Notes: a model not told the origin generated them from the sequence alone. 50,507 nucleotides of DNA from Chloroflexota bacterium (GCA_003670745.1 QWQR01000003.1:1-50507); one strand, 5' to 3'. Shown: positions 36,939 through 46,068, counted from the first letter of the stretch. Numbers and translations are program-made.

Positions 36939-38275
36939 GCGACGCCCCCTGCGACCCGTTCAAGGTCGGCGAAGAAGGTTGGGTAGCTGACCGCAGCCGA
37001 ACCCTCGTCGTCGATCTCCACCGGGGCGGCACCAACGGCCGCGGCGATCGCAAAGGTCATCGCGAGGCGGTGATCTCCACGCGCCTCTGGGGCGCCACCC
37101 ACCGGGCGCCCACCACCGGGGAACGAGAGGTCGTCGCCGTTCACGTGGGCCACGAGGCCGAGCGCGGTCAGCCCATCGGCGATGCCGGCGATCCGGTCAC
37201 TCTCCTTGGCGCGCAGCTCTCCCGCCCCACGAATCGTTGTCTCGCCGGTTGCGCAGGCGGCGGCAAGCGAGAGGGCAGGGATCTCGTCGATCGCCAGCGC
37301 TACGTCGGCGGGGGAGATCGCCGCGCCGTGAAGGGCGGCGCTGCGCACGCGCAGGTCGCCGATCGGCTCCCCTGAACCGTCGTCTGCTCGTGGGGTCTCG
37401 TCGATGTTCGCCCCCATGCGTCGCAGTAGGTCGATCGCGTGGCGTCGTGTGGGGTTGAGCGAGACGCCGCGAATCGTTAGATCGGCGTCGGGGTGGAGGC
37501 TTGCAGCGACGAGCCAGAAGGTCGCCGACGAGGGGTCGCCAGGAACGTGGACCGTGGGAATAGCGCGAAGCGCGCCGGGGCGGAGCGTGACCACTGCGCC
37601 ACCGTCAGCTCGCACCTCTCGGGTGAGGGCGGCGCCCCTGGCGACAAGCATCCGTTCACTGTGATCGCGCGTCGCGATGGGCTCCGTATAGATCGTCTCG
37701 CCCGTCGCGGCGAGCCCCGCGATCAGAACGCACCCCTTTACTTGGGCGCTCGGTGTGGCGGGGCTCCAACTGATGCCCTTAAGGCCGCCGCCGGTGATCT
37801 CGAGTGGCGCCGTGTCGCGCCCGCCGCCGCTCGCCGCAACCCCCATGGCGCGGAGCGGCTCAAGGACGCGGCCCATCGGGCGTCGGCGCAACGATGCATC
37901 GCCATCAAGACGATGGGTTCCAGTGATCCCCGCAACCAGTCCGGCGCCGAGGCGCATCGTGGTCCCAGAGTTGCCACAGTCCAGGCCTCCGCCGCCAGCG
38001 ACGGCGCGGAGCCCGTCGCGGCCAGGGGAGCGCACGCGCCAGCGTGCCGTGCCGGGCGCATCGTCGGGGGCGGCGGGGAGTCGCTCCACCTCGGCGCCGA
38101 GGGCGCCGATGACACCGGCCGTCGAGCGCACGTCGTGACCGTCGCCCGCGCCGATGATCAGCGTCTCGCCGACCGCAATCGCCGCAAAGAGGAGGGCCCG
38201 GTGGCTGATCGACTTATCGCCCGGGAGGCGCAACTCACCGCGGAGGCGCGCGGCGGGGCGCACGGTGCGTGACAC
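36935..38275 (-). CDS. aroA: 3-phosphoshikimate 1-carboxyvinyltransferase (EPSP synthase)
   Basis: PGDKSISHR, DCGNSGTT.R, SAQVK, RDHSERML, PGDPSSA, IDEIP, ELRAKESDR, DHRLAM. Start reassigned to GTG 38275, just after the aroF stop. Confidence 0.95.
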   Translation of the reverse strand: MSRTVRPAARLRGELRLPGDKSISHRALLFAAIAVGETLIIGAGDGHDVRSTAGVIGALGAEVERLPAAPDDAPGTARWRVRSPGRDGLRAVAGGGGLDCGNSGTTMRLGAGLVAGITGTHRLDGDASLRRRPMGRVLEPLRAMGVAASGGGRDTAPLEITGGGLKGISWSPATPSAQVKGCVLIAGLAATGETIYTEPIATRDHSERMLVARGAALTREVRADGGAVVTLRPGALRAIPTVHVPGDPSSATFWLVAASLHPDADLTIRGVSLNPTRRHAIDLLRRMGANIDETPRADDGSGEPIGDLRVRSAALHGAAISPADVALAIDEIPALSLAAACATGETTIRGAGELRAKESDRIAGIADGLTALGLVAHVNGDDLSFPGGGRPVGGAPEARGDHRLAMTFAIAAAVGAAPVEIDDEGSAAVSYPTFFADLERVAGGVA

Positions 38276-38277
38276 GG

Positions 38278-39309
<1,032 letters not shown>

Positions 39310-39354
39310 CTTTGTCTCCACTCTCTTCGTCTCGCCCAGCGAGCTCACTTGGGG

Positions 39355-39388
39355 AAAAAGAAAGGAGCAGAGGTCTCGCCTCTGCTCC
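39355..39388 (-). terminator. Intrinsic terminator (attenuator) in the aroF leader
   Basis: Minus strand GGAGCAGAGG-cgaga-CCTCTGCTCC-TTTCTTTTT: 10-bp perfect stem plus U-tract, ending 45 nt before the aroF ATG. Confidence 0.9.
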
Positions 39389-39432
39389 ATCCCGGCAGGA
39401 CCGCCGGTCCGACGCTTATGCGTCGAGGCGGG

Positions 39433-39471
39433 TCATGCCGGGTATCGAAAGTAATAGCGGTGTCGGTGCAT
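39433..39471 (-). CDS. Putative aro operon leader peptide MHRHRYYFRYPA (Tyr/Phe-rich; not in ORF track)
   Basis: ATG CAC CGA CAC CGC TAT TAC TTT CGA TAC CCG GCA TGA, located between a promoter and a terminator. Confidence 0.8.
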   Translation of the reverse strand: MHRHRYYFRYPA

Positions 39472-39477
39472 ACCCCC

Positions 39478-39506
39478 ACCCTACGGGGAAGGGGGCGAGG
39501 GGTCAA
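39478..39506 (-). promoter_or_regulatory. Sigma70-type promoter of the aro operon
   Basis: TTGACC (39506-39501), 17-nt spacer, TAGGGT (39483-39478), then 6 nt to the leader ATG. Confidence 0.8.
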
Positions 39507-39936
39507 GGTGTGCACCGTCCGCCGCGGTCGACCCCCGCCGACCCCTCTCCAGGGTCGTCGCCTCGGACACTTGGGCGGCAGCGCAGGTCTCCGTCGTGCC
39601 ACGTGCCGGCAAATGCGCGGCAATGCGTCGTTGCGGCGCCGCCGGCCGTAGAAAGCGCGCAAAACCGGGGCGATTAGTCGCTGCCCAGGGCCTGCCTGCG
39701 TCACATTGCGACATCGAAAAACCCTGATTTCTCGCACGAAATCGCACTTTTTCGCCTTTTTCGCGTTTGCTGCGTTGCAAGCTGCGCCGGCGCGCGCCAA
39801 TTGCGCATCGGTCACGTCAACGTTGTCGCTGAGGGCCCAAAAGTGGCAAAAAGTCGGGGCCAATTAGGGGTCTTGACAACGTCAGTAGGCCGCCCCCGGC
39901 CCCCCTCTAAATAAATCTTGCGCAACAGGGTTGCGG

Positions 39937-39965
39937 TTATCCACATTGTGTTTTACTTTTCCACA
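39937..39965 (+). promoter_or_regulatory. Two direct-orientation DnaA-box matches (TTATCCACA, TTTTCCACA)
   Basis: 39937-39945 is a perfect R1-type box; 39957-39965 fits TTWTNCACA. Both lie in an unusually AT-rich patch. Confidence 0.55.
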
Positions 39966-40031
39966 AGCCCCGTATTTCGGGGCGGAGTTATGGGGGGTCC
40001 GATTACGGGCCCACCAGAGTGGAGGTCAGAA

Positions 40032-40325
40032 ATGGCTGCAAAGAAGCGAAAGGCCGCTGCGAAGCGTAAGCCTGCTGCCAAGAAGCGCAAGGTCGCTAAG
40101 AAGACCGTTGCGAAGAAGGCTCCTGCTAAGCGCAAGAAGCGCAAGGCTGCGAAGAAGGCCGTCGCGAAGAAGGCCCCAGCCAAGCGCAAGAAGCGCAAGG
40201 CTGCGAAGAAGAGCACGGCCAAGAAGGCCCCAGCCAAGCGCAAGAAGCGCAAGGCTGCGAAGAAGAGCACTGCCAAGAAGGCCGCTCCGAAGCGCCGCCG
40301 CCGCAAGGCTGCCAAGAAGGCGTAA
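40032..40325 (+). CDS. Histone H1-like (Hc2/HctB-like) Lys/Ala/Arg-rich nucleoid protein
   Basis: 97 aa almost entirely K/A/R/P; SD GGAGG at 40021-25; start reassigned to ATG 40032; terminator downstream. Confidence 0.8.
   Translation: MAAKKRKAAAKRKPAAKKRKVAKKTVAKKAPAKRKKRKAAKKAVAKKAPAKRKKRKAAKKSTAKKAPAKRKKRKAAKKSTAKKAAPKRRRRKAAKKA
40110..40272 (+). repeat. About 3 copies of a 54-nt unit encoding AKKAPAKRKKRKAAKK(AV/ST)
   Basis: Read directly from the sequence and translation. Confidence 0.85.
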
Positions 40326-40353
40326 CGCATAGCGATCCGTCGAGGATCGCGTT

Positions 40354-40392
40354 GAGAGGCGTCTGGGGAAACCCAGGCGCCTCTCGTTTTTT
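40354..40392 (+). terminator. Intrinsic terminator after the histone-like gene
   Basis: GAGAGGCGTCTGGG-gaaa-CCCAGGCGCCTCTC-GTTTTTT (14-bp stem with one G.U pair). Confidence 0.9.
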
Positions 40393-40409
40393 CGGGTGAT
40401 ACTTGGCCC

Positions 40410-41099
40410 ATGGTTCATGCATCGTCCGAGCCCATCGTCGTCAGCGACATGGATGGGACCCTGACCACCGCCGAGACGTGGCGTGGCGTGCTCGACTGGG
40501 TGCGCAGGTACCGGCCAAGCCCCGCTGCGCGACGTTTCGTGGCCTTGCGCCTGCCGATCGTGATCGTGGCTCGCCTCGGCATCATGAGTAAGGAACGATT
40601 TCGCGCGCGCTGGCTGAGCGATATGGCGCGCCTCCTTGCAGGCGCGAGCGCCGCCGAGCTTGCGGCGATGGGGGAGTGGGTCGTCGAGCATCACCTGTGG
40701 CCGGCGCGACGCCTCGCCGCTATTGAGGCGGTGGCGGCAGCGACGGCGAACGCGCGCACGGCGCATCCAGCGGCGCGACTCGTGCTGGCAACTGGCGGAT
40801 ACCAGTCGGTCGGTGATGCGTTCGCGCGTCGGATCAGTGCCGACCTCGCCCTCGGCACGCCGCTTGAACTGCGCGACGATCGCGCCACCGGTCGACTCGC
40901 GGCACCCACGCAGAGCGGCGAGCAGAAGGCGGCCGCGGTGCGCGCCGTCGCCGCTGGGCGTGGGGTCCTGGTCGCCTTCGGCGACACCGCCGCCGACCTG
41001 CCGATGCTGCGCATGGCCGAGCGCGCCGTCGCCGTCGCCCCTGACGCGCCGTTGCGTGCCGCCGCGCAGCGCGCCGGCTGGGAGATCATCGAGGCCTGA
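40410..41099 (+). CDS. HAD-superfamily hydrolase (subfamily IB, SerB-like)
   Basis: VSDMDGTL (DxD motif), LATGG, GEQKAA, AFGDTAADLPML. Confidence 0.88.
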   Translation: MVHASSEPIVVSDMDGTLTTAETWRGVLDWVRRYRPSPAARRFVALRLPIVIVARLGIMSKERFRARWLSDMARLLAGASAAELAAMGEWVVEHHLWPARRLAAIEAVAAATANARTAHPAARLVLATGGYQSVGDAFARRISADLALGTPLELRDDRATGRLAAPTQSGEQKAAAVRAVAAGRGVLVAFGDTAADLPMLRMAERAVAVAPDAPLRAAAQRAGWEIIEA

Positions 41100-41213
41100 C
41101 CCGGGCCACGCGACGCCCCTCTTATAGGAGCGGTCAAAGTGGCGCCTAGAGCCATGGCGCGGGGAGAGGTGCGGTGAGCGCCGCATTCTGGGATACTCCG
41201 CGTCGGCAGGCAC

Positions 41214-41306
41214 GGAGAGGTCGCATAGAGGTCTAGTGCAGCGGTTTGCTAAACCGCCACGTGGGGTTTTCCTGCGTCGAGGGTTCGAATCCCTCCCTCT
41301 CCGCCA
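41214..41306 (+). tRNA. tRNA-Ser(GCT)
   Basis: GGAGAGG acceptor, GCGGT-ttGCTaa-ACCGC, long variable arm, GTTCGAATC, GCCA. Confidence 0.95.
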
Positions 41307-41333
41307 TCTCACTGCTATCGTGCCGAGGCACAT

Positions 41334-41409
41334 GCGCCCGTAGCTCAGTGGATAGAGCGTTAGGTTGCGGACCTAAAGGTCGTGGGTTCGAGTCCCGCCG
41401 GGCGCACCA
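41334..41409 (+). tRNA. tRNA-Arg(GCG)
   Basis: 76 nt; GCGCCCG/CGGGCGC acceptor; TTAGG-ttGCGga-CCTAA with anticodon at 41367-69; A20 Arg identity element; ACCA end. Confidence 0.93.
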
Positions 41410-41491
41410 TCCCTACCGATTACCAACCCTCTTCTCCCGAGTCGCCACCCCCCCGCGCCCACACGCGCCGACCCTGGCGTATCGTCTGCTC

Positions 41492-42367
41492 ATGAGCAGC
41501 GTCACGGTTCTCGGCCTCGGCACCATGGGCGCACCCATGGCTGGGCACCTGGCACGCGCAGGGCACAGCGTTCGCGGCTGGAATCGCACCCCTGGTCGAG
41601 CGGCTATTCCTGGCGTGACCCAAGTCGCCGCGCTCAATGAGGCGCTGAGCGGCGCCGACGCCGTGGTACTGAGCGTCTCCGACACCCCCGACGTTGAGGA
41701 GTTGCTCCTCGGCGCGAACGGCGCGATCGCGTACCTTCGCGCCGGTGCGATCGTCATTGATACCAGCACCATCGCCCCATCTGCGACGCGGCGCATGGGC
41801 GAGCGCCTCGCCGAAAAGGGGATCCTCATGGTTGATGCGCCGGTGAGCGGCGGCAGTGAAGGGGCGGTGAACGGCACCCTCACCGTCTTTCTCGGCGGCT
41901 CACCGGAGGCGGTGGCGGCAGCGCAGCCGCACCTCGGCGCATTCGCGAAGACGATCACGCACCTCGGCCCGCTCGGCGCGGGCCAGGTTGGAAAGGCGGT
42001 GAACCAGCTGGTCATCTCCGGGAGCTACCTCTCGCTCGCCGAAGGGATCCTTGTTGGCCAGAAGGCGGGGCTCGACCCCGCAACGCTCGCGGGTGCGCTC
42101 GCCGGTGGCGCCGCCAAGTCGTGGGTGCTCGAGAATCGCTGGCAGCGCATGGCAGAGGATCGCTACCCGCTCGGCTTCCGCGTCGCGCTCCATCGCAAGG
42201 ATCTCGGGATTGCGATCGACCTCGCCAAGGAGCTCGGCGTTCCCGTGCCCGCTGCAACGCTCGTAGCCCAACTTGAAGACGCACTGATCGCGGCCGGCAA
42301 GGGGGGCGAAGACCTGTCGGCGCTCGCACACCAGCTCCGTCGTCTCGCCGCGGCAATCGATGGCTGA
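41492..42367 (+). CDS. 3-hydroxyisobutyrate / tartronate semialdehyde reductase family NAD(P)-dependent oxidoreductase
   Basis: GLGTMGAPMA, WNRT, IDTSTI, DAPVSGG, GAGQVGKAVNQ, F...LHRKDL. Start reassigned to ATG 41492. Confidence 0.9.
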   Translation: MSSVTVLGLGTMGAPMAGHLARAGHSVRGWNRTPGRAAIPGVTQVAALNEALSGADAVVLSVSDTPDVEELLLGANGAIAYLRAGAIVIDTSTIAPSATRRMGERLAEKGILMVDAPVSGGSEGAVNGTLTVFLGGSPEAVAAAQPHLGAFAKTITHLGPLGAGQVGKAVNQLVISGSYLSLAEGILVGQKAGLDPATLAGALAGGAAKSWVLENRWQRMAEDRYPLGFRVALHRKDLGIAIDLAKELGVPVPAATLVAQLEDALIAAGKGGEDLSALAHQLRRLAAAIDG

Positions 42368-42376
42368 CACGAACTG

Positions 42377-42784
42377 ATGCCTAACCAGCGCTCAGCAAGC
42401 GACCCTCGCAGCGCCGTATTCGCGGCCCAATACGTCGCCCTCACCACCTATCGACGCGATGGCCGCGCGGTGACCACCCCCGTGTGGGCGGCGGAGCGCA
42501 ATGGCCGCCTCTACATCTTCAGCAATCCCGCCGCAGGCAAGATGAAGCGCCTGCGCAACTCGCCGCGCGCTGCGGTCGCGCCATGCACCTGGAACGGCAC
42601 GCCCACCGGCGCAGAGCTCCCCGCAACGGCACGGATCCTCGCCGCAGCGGAGCTTTCAGCGATGTGGGGGAGCCTTGTGAAGAAGTACGGGCTCCTCGCC
42701 CTGCCGTTCCGCCTCTACGACCTTGCCCGCGGCCTCCTGCGCATGCAGGTGAGTGCCGGCATCGAGGTGAGCCTCACCCTCTGA
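42377..42784 (+). CDS. PPOX-class (F420/FMN-binding split-barrel) oxidoreductase
   Basis: YVALTTYRRDGRAVTTPVW, GKMKRLRNSPR..VAPC...G.P.G. Confidence 0.85.
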   Translation: MPNQRSASDPRSAVFAAQYVALTTYRRDGRAVTTPVWAAERNGRLYIFSNPAAGKMKRLRNSPRAAVAPCTWNGTPTGAELPATARILAAAELSAMWGSLVKKYGLLALPFRLYDLARGLLRMQVSAGIEVSLTL

Positions 42785-42802
42785 TCGGCTATCCTCCGCC
42801 GT

Positions 42803-42889
42803 GGAAAGGTGGCCGAGTGGTTGAAGGCACCGCTCTCGAAAAGCGGCAGGTTAATAGCCTCGTGGGTTCGAATCCCACCCTTTCCGCCA
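42803..42889 (+). tRNA. tRNA-Ser(CGA)
   Basis: GGAAAGG acceptor, CCGCT-ctCGAaa-AGCGG, variable arm, GTTCGAATC, GCCA. Confidence 0.95.
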
Positions 42890-42933
42890 CCGACTGACCG
42901 GGATCTCTACGTCTGGAGCTCACCGGTCCTCTC

Positions 42934-43023
42934 GGAGAGGTCGCCTAGTGGTCTATGGCGCCGCATTGGAAATGCGGTTTGGGGGCAACTCCATCGTGGG
43001 TTCGAATCCCACCCTCTCCGCCA
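42934..43023 (+). tRNA. tRNA-Ser(GGA)
   Basis: GGAGAGG acceptor, CCGCA-ttGGAaa-TGCGG, variable arm, GTTCGAATC, GCCA. Confidence 0.95.
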
Positions 43024-43028
43024 CATCG

Positions 43029-44366
43029 CTACGCGCGTTCAGCCCAACGATCTTCGAGCGCGAAGCCGAAACCTGCGAGCGGCAGGAACCACGGGTGACC
43101 CTCGTAGGGGAACGGGAGTGGCCGCCAGCTAAGCAGCGCCGGGAGCGGCGCATCGCCACCGAGCTCCCAGTCGACCGCCTGCTCCGCGAGGTGCGTGAGC
43201 AGCGCCACCCCTGATCCGGCGCAACCGGCGACATGCAGCGCCCCGTTGAGACGCGCAACGCGCGGCAGGCGATCAAAGGCGAAGGCGAGGCTCCCGCCCC
43301 ACGCATGGGTGACGCGCGCAGTGGCGAGCTCTGGATGGATCTCGATCATGCGCGCCGTTAAGGTGCGGGCGATCGTTTCGAGCGGCTCGGTGCGAAAGGT
43401 GGTGCGCCCGCCGAAGGCGATGCGGCCGTCGGGGGTGGGTCGCCAGTAGGAGAGGAAGTTGCGCGTGTCAAAGCGCATTTCGCCGCGCCCAGCCACGCGC
43501 GCGATGAGCGCGGCGTCGAGCGGCTCGGTGGCGATCATGAAGCTGCCGAGTGGAATGGCACGGCGGCGGAGCGCGGGGAAGAGCGCATCGGCGTAGCCGT
43601 TCACCCCCGCGAAGAGGTGTGCTGCGCGCACGGTGCCGCGCGGCGTGCGCACGAGCCATGCGTCGCCCGATCGCTCGATCTTGGTCCCTGGGGTGCGTTC
43701 GCGAATCTCAACGCCAGCACGCTGTGCCGCAACGGCGAGCGCCGCCTGGAGGCGCGCCGGCTGCACGCCGCCACCCTCGTCTACCGCGAGCCCTCCAGCG
43801 AAGGCGTCGCTGTTTGTGGCGGCGCGCGTCGCGGCGCGGTCGAGCAGTCGCACCGGCAGGCCGAGCGCCGCGCGCCGCACCGCCTCGCCGGCAAGATCGT
43901 CGGCACCGCGCGCGGAGCGCGCGAGCTCTACATGGCCAACACCGCTCCACCCCACATCGATGCCCGTGGTGGCGCGCAGCGCGTCTGGGGCGTCACCCGA
44001 AAGGTGCGCGACGCGGGCGACGGCGGCGCGGCTCAGGTCGAGCCAGGCGCGGGCGCCGTCGTGGCCAAATCGATGCTCAAGCGTGCCGATCGATGCGCCG
44101 AAGCCGACGTGCACCATCCCGCCGTTGCGACTGCTCGCGCCGTCGCGCATCTCCCCCTTCTCGAGCAACAGCACCGAGGCGCCGCGCTCCGCCGCGCGAC
44201 GCGCCGCGGAGAGTCCCGAGTAGCCGCCGCCGATCACAAGCCAATCGACGTGCGCTGGGAGGGGGAGCGCCTCGCTCGTCGCGCTCGCGTTCGGGTTGGG
44301 GGCATCGTCGTGCCAGGCAACGACGTAGCGCAGCGGTGCATTGGTGCTGCGTGGGTCGTTCTGCAT
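43029..44366 (-). CDS. FAD-dependent oxidoreductase (DAO/DadA family, PuuB-like)
   Basis: VIGGGYSGLSAA, GASSRNGG, VQPARL, VNGY, SFMIATEPL, YWRPTPDGRIAFGG, AWGG, GCAGSGVA. Confidence 0.88.
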   Translation of the reverse strand: MQNDPRSTNAPLRYVVAWHDDAPNPNASATSEALPLPAHVDWLVIGGGYSGLSAARRAAERGASVLLLEKGEMRDGASSRNGGMVHVGFGASIGTLEHRFGHDGARAWLDLSRAAVARVAHLSGDAPDALRATTGIDVGWSGVGHVELARSARGADDLAGEAVRRAALGLPVRLLDRAATRAATNSDAFAGGLAVDEGGGVQPARLQAALAVAAQRAGVEIRERTPGTKIERSGDAWLVRTPRGTVRAAHLFAGVNGYADALFPALRRRAIPLGSFMIATEPLDAALIARVAGRGEMRFDTRNFLSYWRPTPDGRIAFGGRTTFRTEPLETIARTLTARMIEIHPELATARVTHAWGGSLAFAFDRLPRVARLNGALHVAGCAGSGVALLTHLAEQAVDWELGGDAPLPALLSWRPLPFPYEGHPWFLPLAGFGFALEDRWAERA

Positions 44367-44471
44367 GACGAGAGGGTAGCGCCCAGATCGCGCTGATCGT
44401 GTTGCGTTGATCGCGGTGGTACATCGCGTCGTTCAGAGGCGAGGATCGCTCCCCGCGACTACACTCCGCGC

Positions 44472-45695
44472 ATGAGTTCCGCCGCAACCCTCACGCGCCG
44501 CCGCCTGCAGTATTCGCTCGTCGCTGGCGTCGGCCTCGGCAGCACCGGCTATATCGGCGCGATCACCGTTGCAACGATCGTCGCCAAGGAGCTTTCGGGC
44601 GGGTCGGCGCTCGCTGGGCTCCCTGGTGCTGCGATCGTGCTCGGATCGGCAACCGCTTCGCAGCTCCTCTCGCGCCTGATGTTGCGTGTCGGCCGCCGCA
44701 ACGGCCTCGCTGCGGGCTACGCCATTGGAACGTTTGGCGCGCTCGGCGCCGCCTGCGCCGTGATCCTCGGCTCATTCCCGCTCTTCCTCGTTGCAACCGT
44801 AGCGATGGGGTTTGCGAACTCCTCGAACCAGCTCTCGCGCTACACCGCCGCCGACATGTACGAGGAGTCGAAGCGCGCCACCGCGATCGGGCTCGTGGTG
44901 TGGGGCTCAACCTTTGGCGCGGTGGTCGGTCCAAACCTTGTGACCGCAGCGGGGGAGATTGCCATGAACCTTGGGCTCCCGCACCTCGCCGGCGCGTACG
45001 GCGTGCCGCTCCTCTTCGTCGGCGCAGCCACGATCCTCACTCTCGTCACGCTTCGCCCCGATCCGGCCACCCTCTCGCCGGTCGTTGCCTTACCAGCGAA
45101 TCATCGTCCCGCCGCGCTGCGCGCGATCCTCGCCCGCCCGCGCGTGTTCGCCGCTGTCGTCGCGTTGGTAATTGGCCAGGTGGTGATGGTCCTTGTGATG
45201 ACGATGACCCCGCTGCACATGACGGAGCACGGCCACGACCTCGCCGCCGTTGGCCTGGTGATCAGCGGCCACACCTTTGGCATGTTCGCCCTCTCGCCGC
45301 TCTCTGGGCGCCTCGCTGGTCGCTTCGGCACGCCGCGCGTGATCGCCGCGGGGCTAGCGGTTTCGGCGTTCGCTTCGACGCTCGCCGCGATTGCGCCACC
45401 CGACGGCGGCACGCTCCTCTTCGTCGCCCTCTTCCTTCTCGGCTGGGGCTGGAACCTCGGCTTCGTCGCCGGCTCGGCACTCCTCACCGAAGGGCTCTCG
45501 GGCGATGAGCGCGCGCGGCTCCAGGGTGCGACCGACGCGATGATCTGGAGCTCGGCAGCCGGTGCGGCGCTCGGCTCCGGCATCGTCGTTGCCGTTGCGA
45601 GCTACACGGCGCTGGGGCTCCTCGGCGCGATGCTCATCGCGCTGCCAATCGCAGCGATGTTCCGCGGCCGACGGGAGCTACGCAGCGCGGTCTGA
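44472..45695 (+). CDS. MFS transporter
   Basis: RVGRRNGL motif A, RYTAAD, MTMTPLHM, HTFGMFALS, GRLAGRFG, GWNLGFVAGS. Confidence 0.88.
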   Translation: MSSAATLTRRRLQYSLVAGVGLGSTGYIGAITVATIVAKELSGGSALAGLPGAAIVLGSATASQLLSRLMLRVGRRNGLAAGYAIGTFGALGAACAVILGSFPLFLVATVAMGFANSSNQLSRYTAADMYEESKRATAIGLVVWGSTFGAVVGPNLVTAAGEIAMNLGLPHLAGAYGVPLLFVGAATILTLVTLRPDPATLSPVVALPANHRPAALRAILARPRVFAAVVALVIGQVVMVLVMTMTPLHMTEHGHDLAAVGLVISGHTFGMFALSPLSGRLAGRFGTPRVIAAGLAVSAFASTLAAIAPPDGGTLLFVALFLLGWGWNLGFVAGSALLTEGLSGDERARLQGATDAMIWSSAAGAALGSGIVVAVASYTALGLLGAMLIALPIAAMFRGRRELRSAV

Positions 45696-45725
45696 CACAG
45701 CGCGGTCTGACGCCGCGCCGTCTGC

Positions 45726-45935
45726 CTACTTCTGCGGCGCGCGAACGACGCTCTCGAACCCCTGCTTGTGGCTTCCGTCGCAGAACGGCTTGTTTGCGGA
45801 CTTGCCGCAGCGGCAGAGGCCCGTTTCGGTCCCCTCGTGCGGGATCTCGTTCCCCTCAACGTCAACGATCGTGAAATCGCCGCTAATGCGCAGCGATCCG
45901 TTGTCGCGCACCTTGATCTCGACCTTTTCGCTCAT
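45726..45935 (-). CDS. CDGSH iron-sulfur domain protein
   Basis: LCRCGKSANKPFCDGSH. Start reassigned to ATG 45935 (MSEKVEIK) after a GAGGAGG SD. Confidence 0.93.
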   Translation of the reverse strand: MSEKVEIKVRDNGSLRISGDFTIVDVEGNEIPHEGTETGLCRCGKSANKPFCDGSHKQGFESVVRAPQK

Positions 45936-46068
45936 CGGAGCCTCCTCATTTGCACCTGCTGCCTGCCGCTGAATAGCGATAGGGCTGCGGTGTTGGACCA
46001 AGGGTACTCCGTCGAAGGCGTAGCGCAACAGCACGGCAAGATCCGAGGGGCTCGGCGAGAATGGTCGC

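Noticed and set aside
39310-39560. T-box riboswitch as the explanation for the aroF leader terminator
   Set aside because: The promoter-to-terminator distance is only about 115 nt, with no AAGGTGGNACC T-box or stem I/specifier loop. The Tyr/Phe uORF explains the structure better.
40110-40272. Regularly spaced repeats as a possible CRISPR array
   Set aside because: The units are contiguous in-frame coding repeats without unique spacers, and no cas genes are present.
41163-41172. GGAGAGGTGC resembling a tRNA-Ser 5' end upstream of tRNA-Ser(GCT)
   Set aside because: Only 8 nt of identity, with no cloverleaf, T-loop or CCA; likely chance.
40026-41333. 435-aa minus-strand ORF spanning the histone-like gene, HAD gene and tRNA-Ser
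   Set aside because: It runs antisense through a tRNA and a terminator; its repetitive Leu/Ser/Ala content is just the reverse complement of the Lys/Ala repeats.
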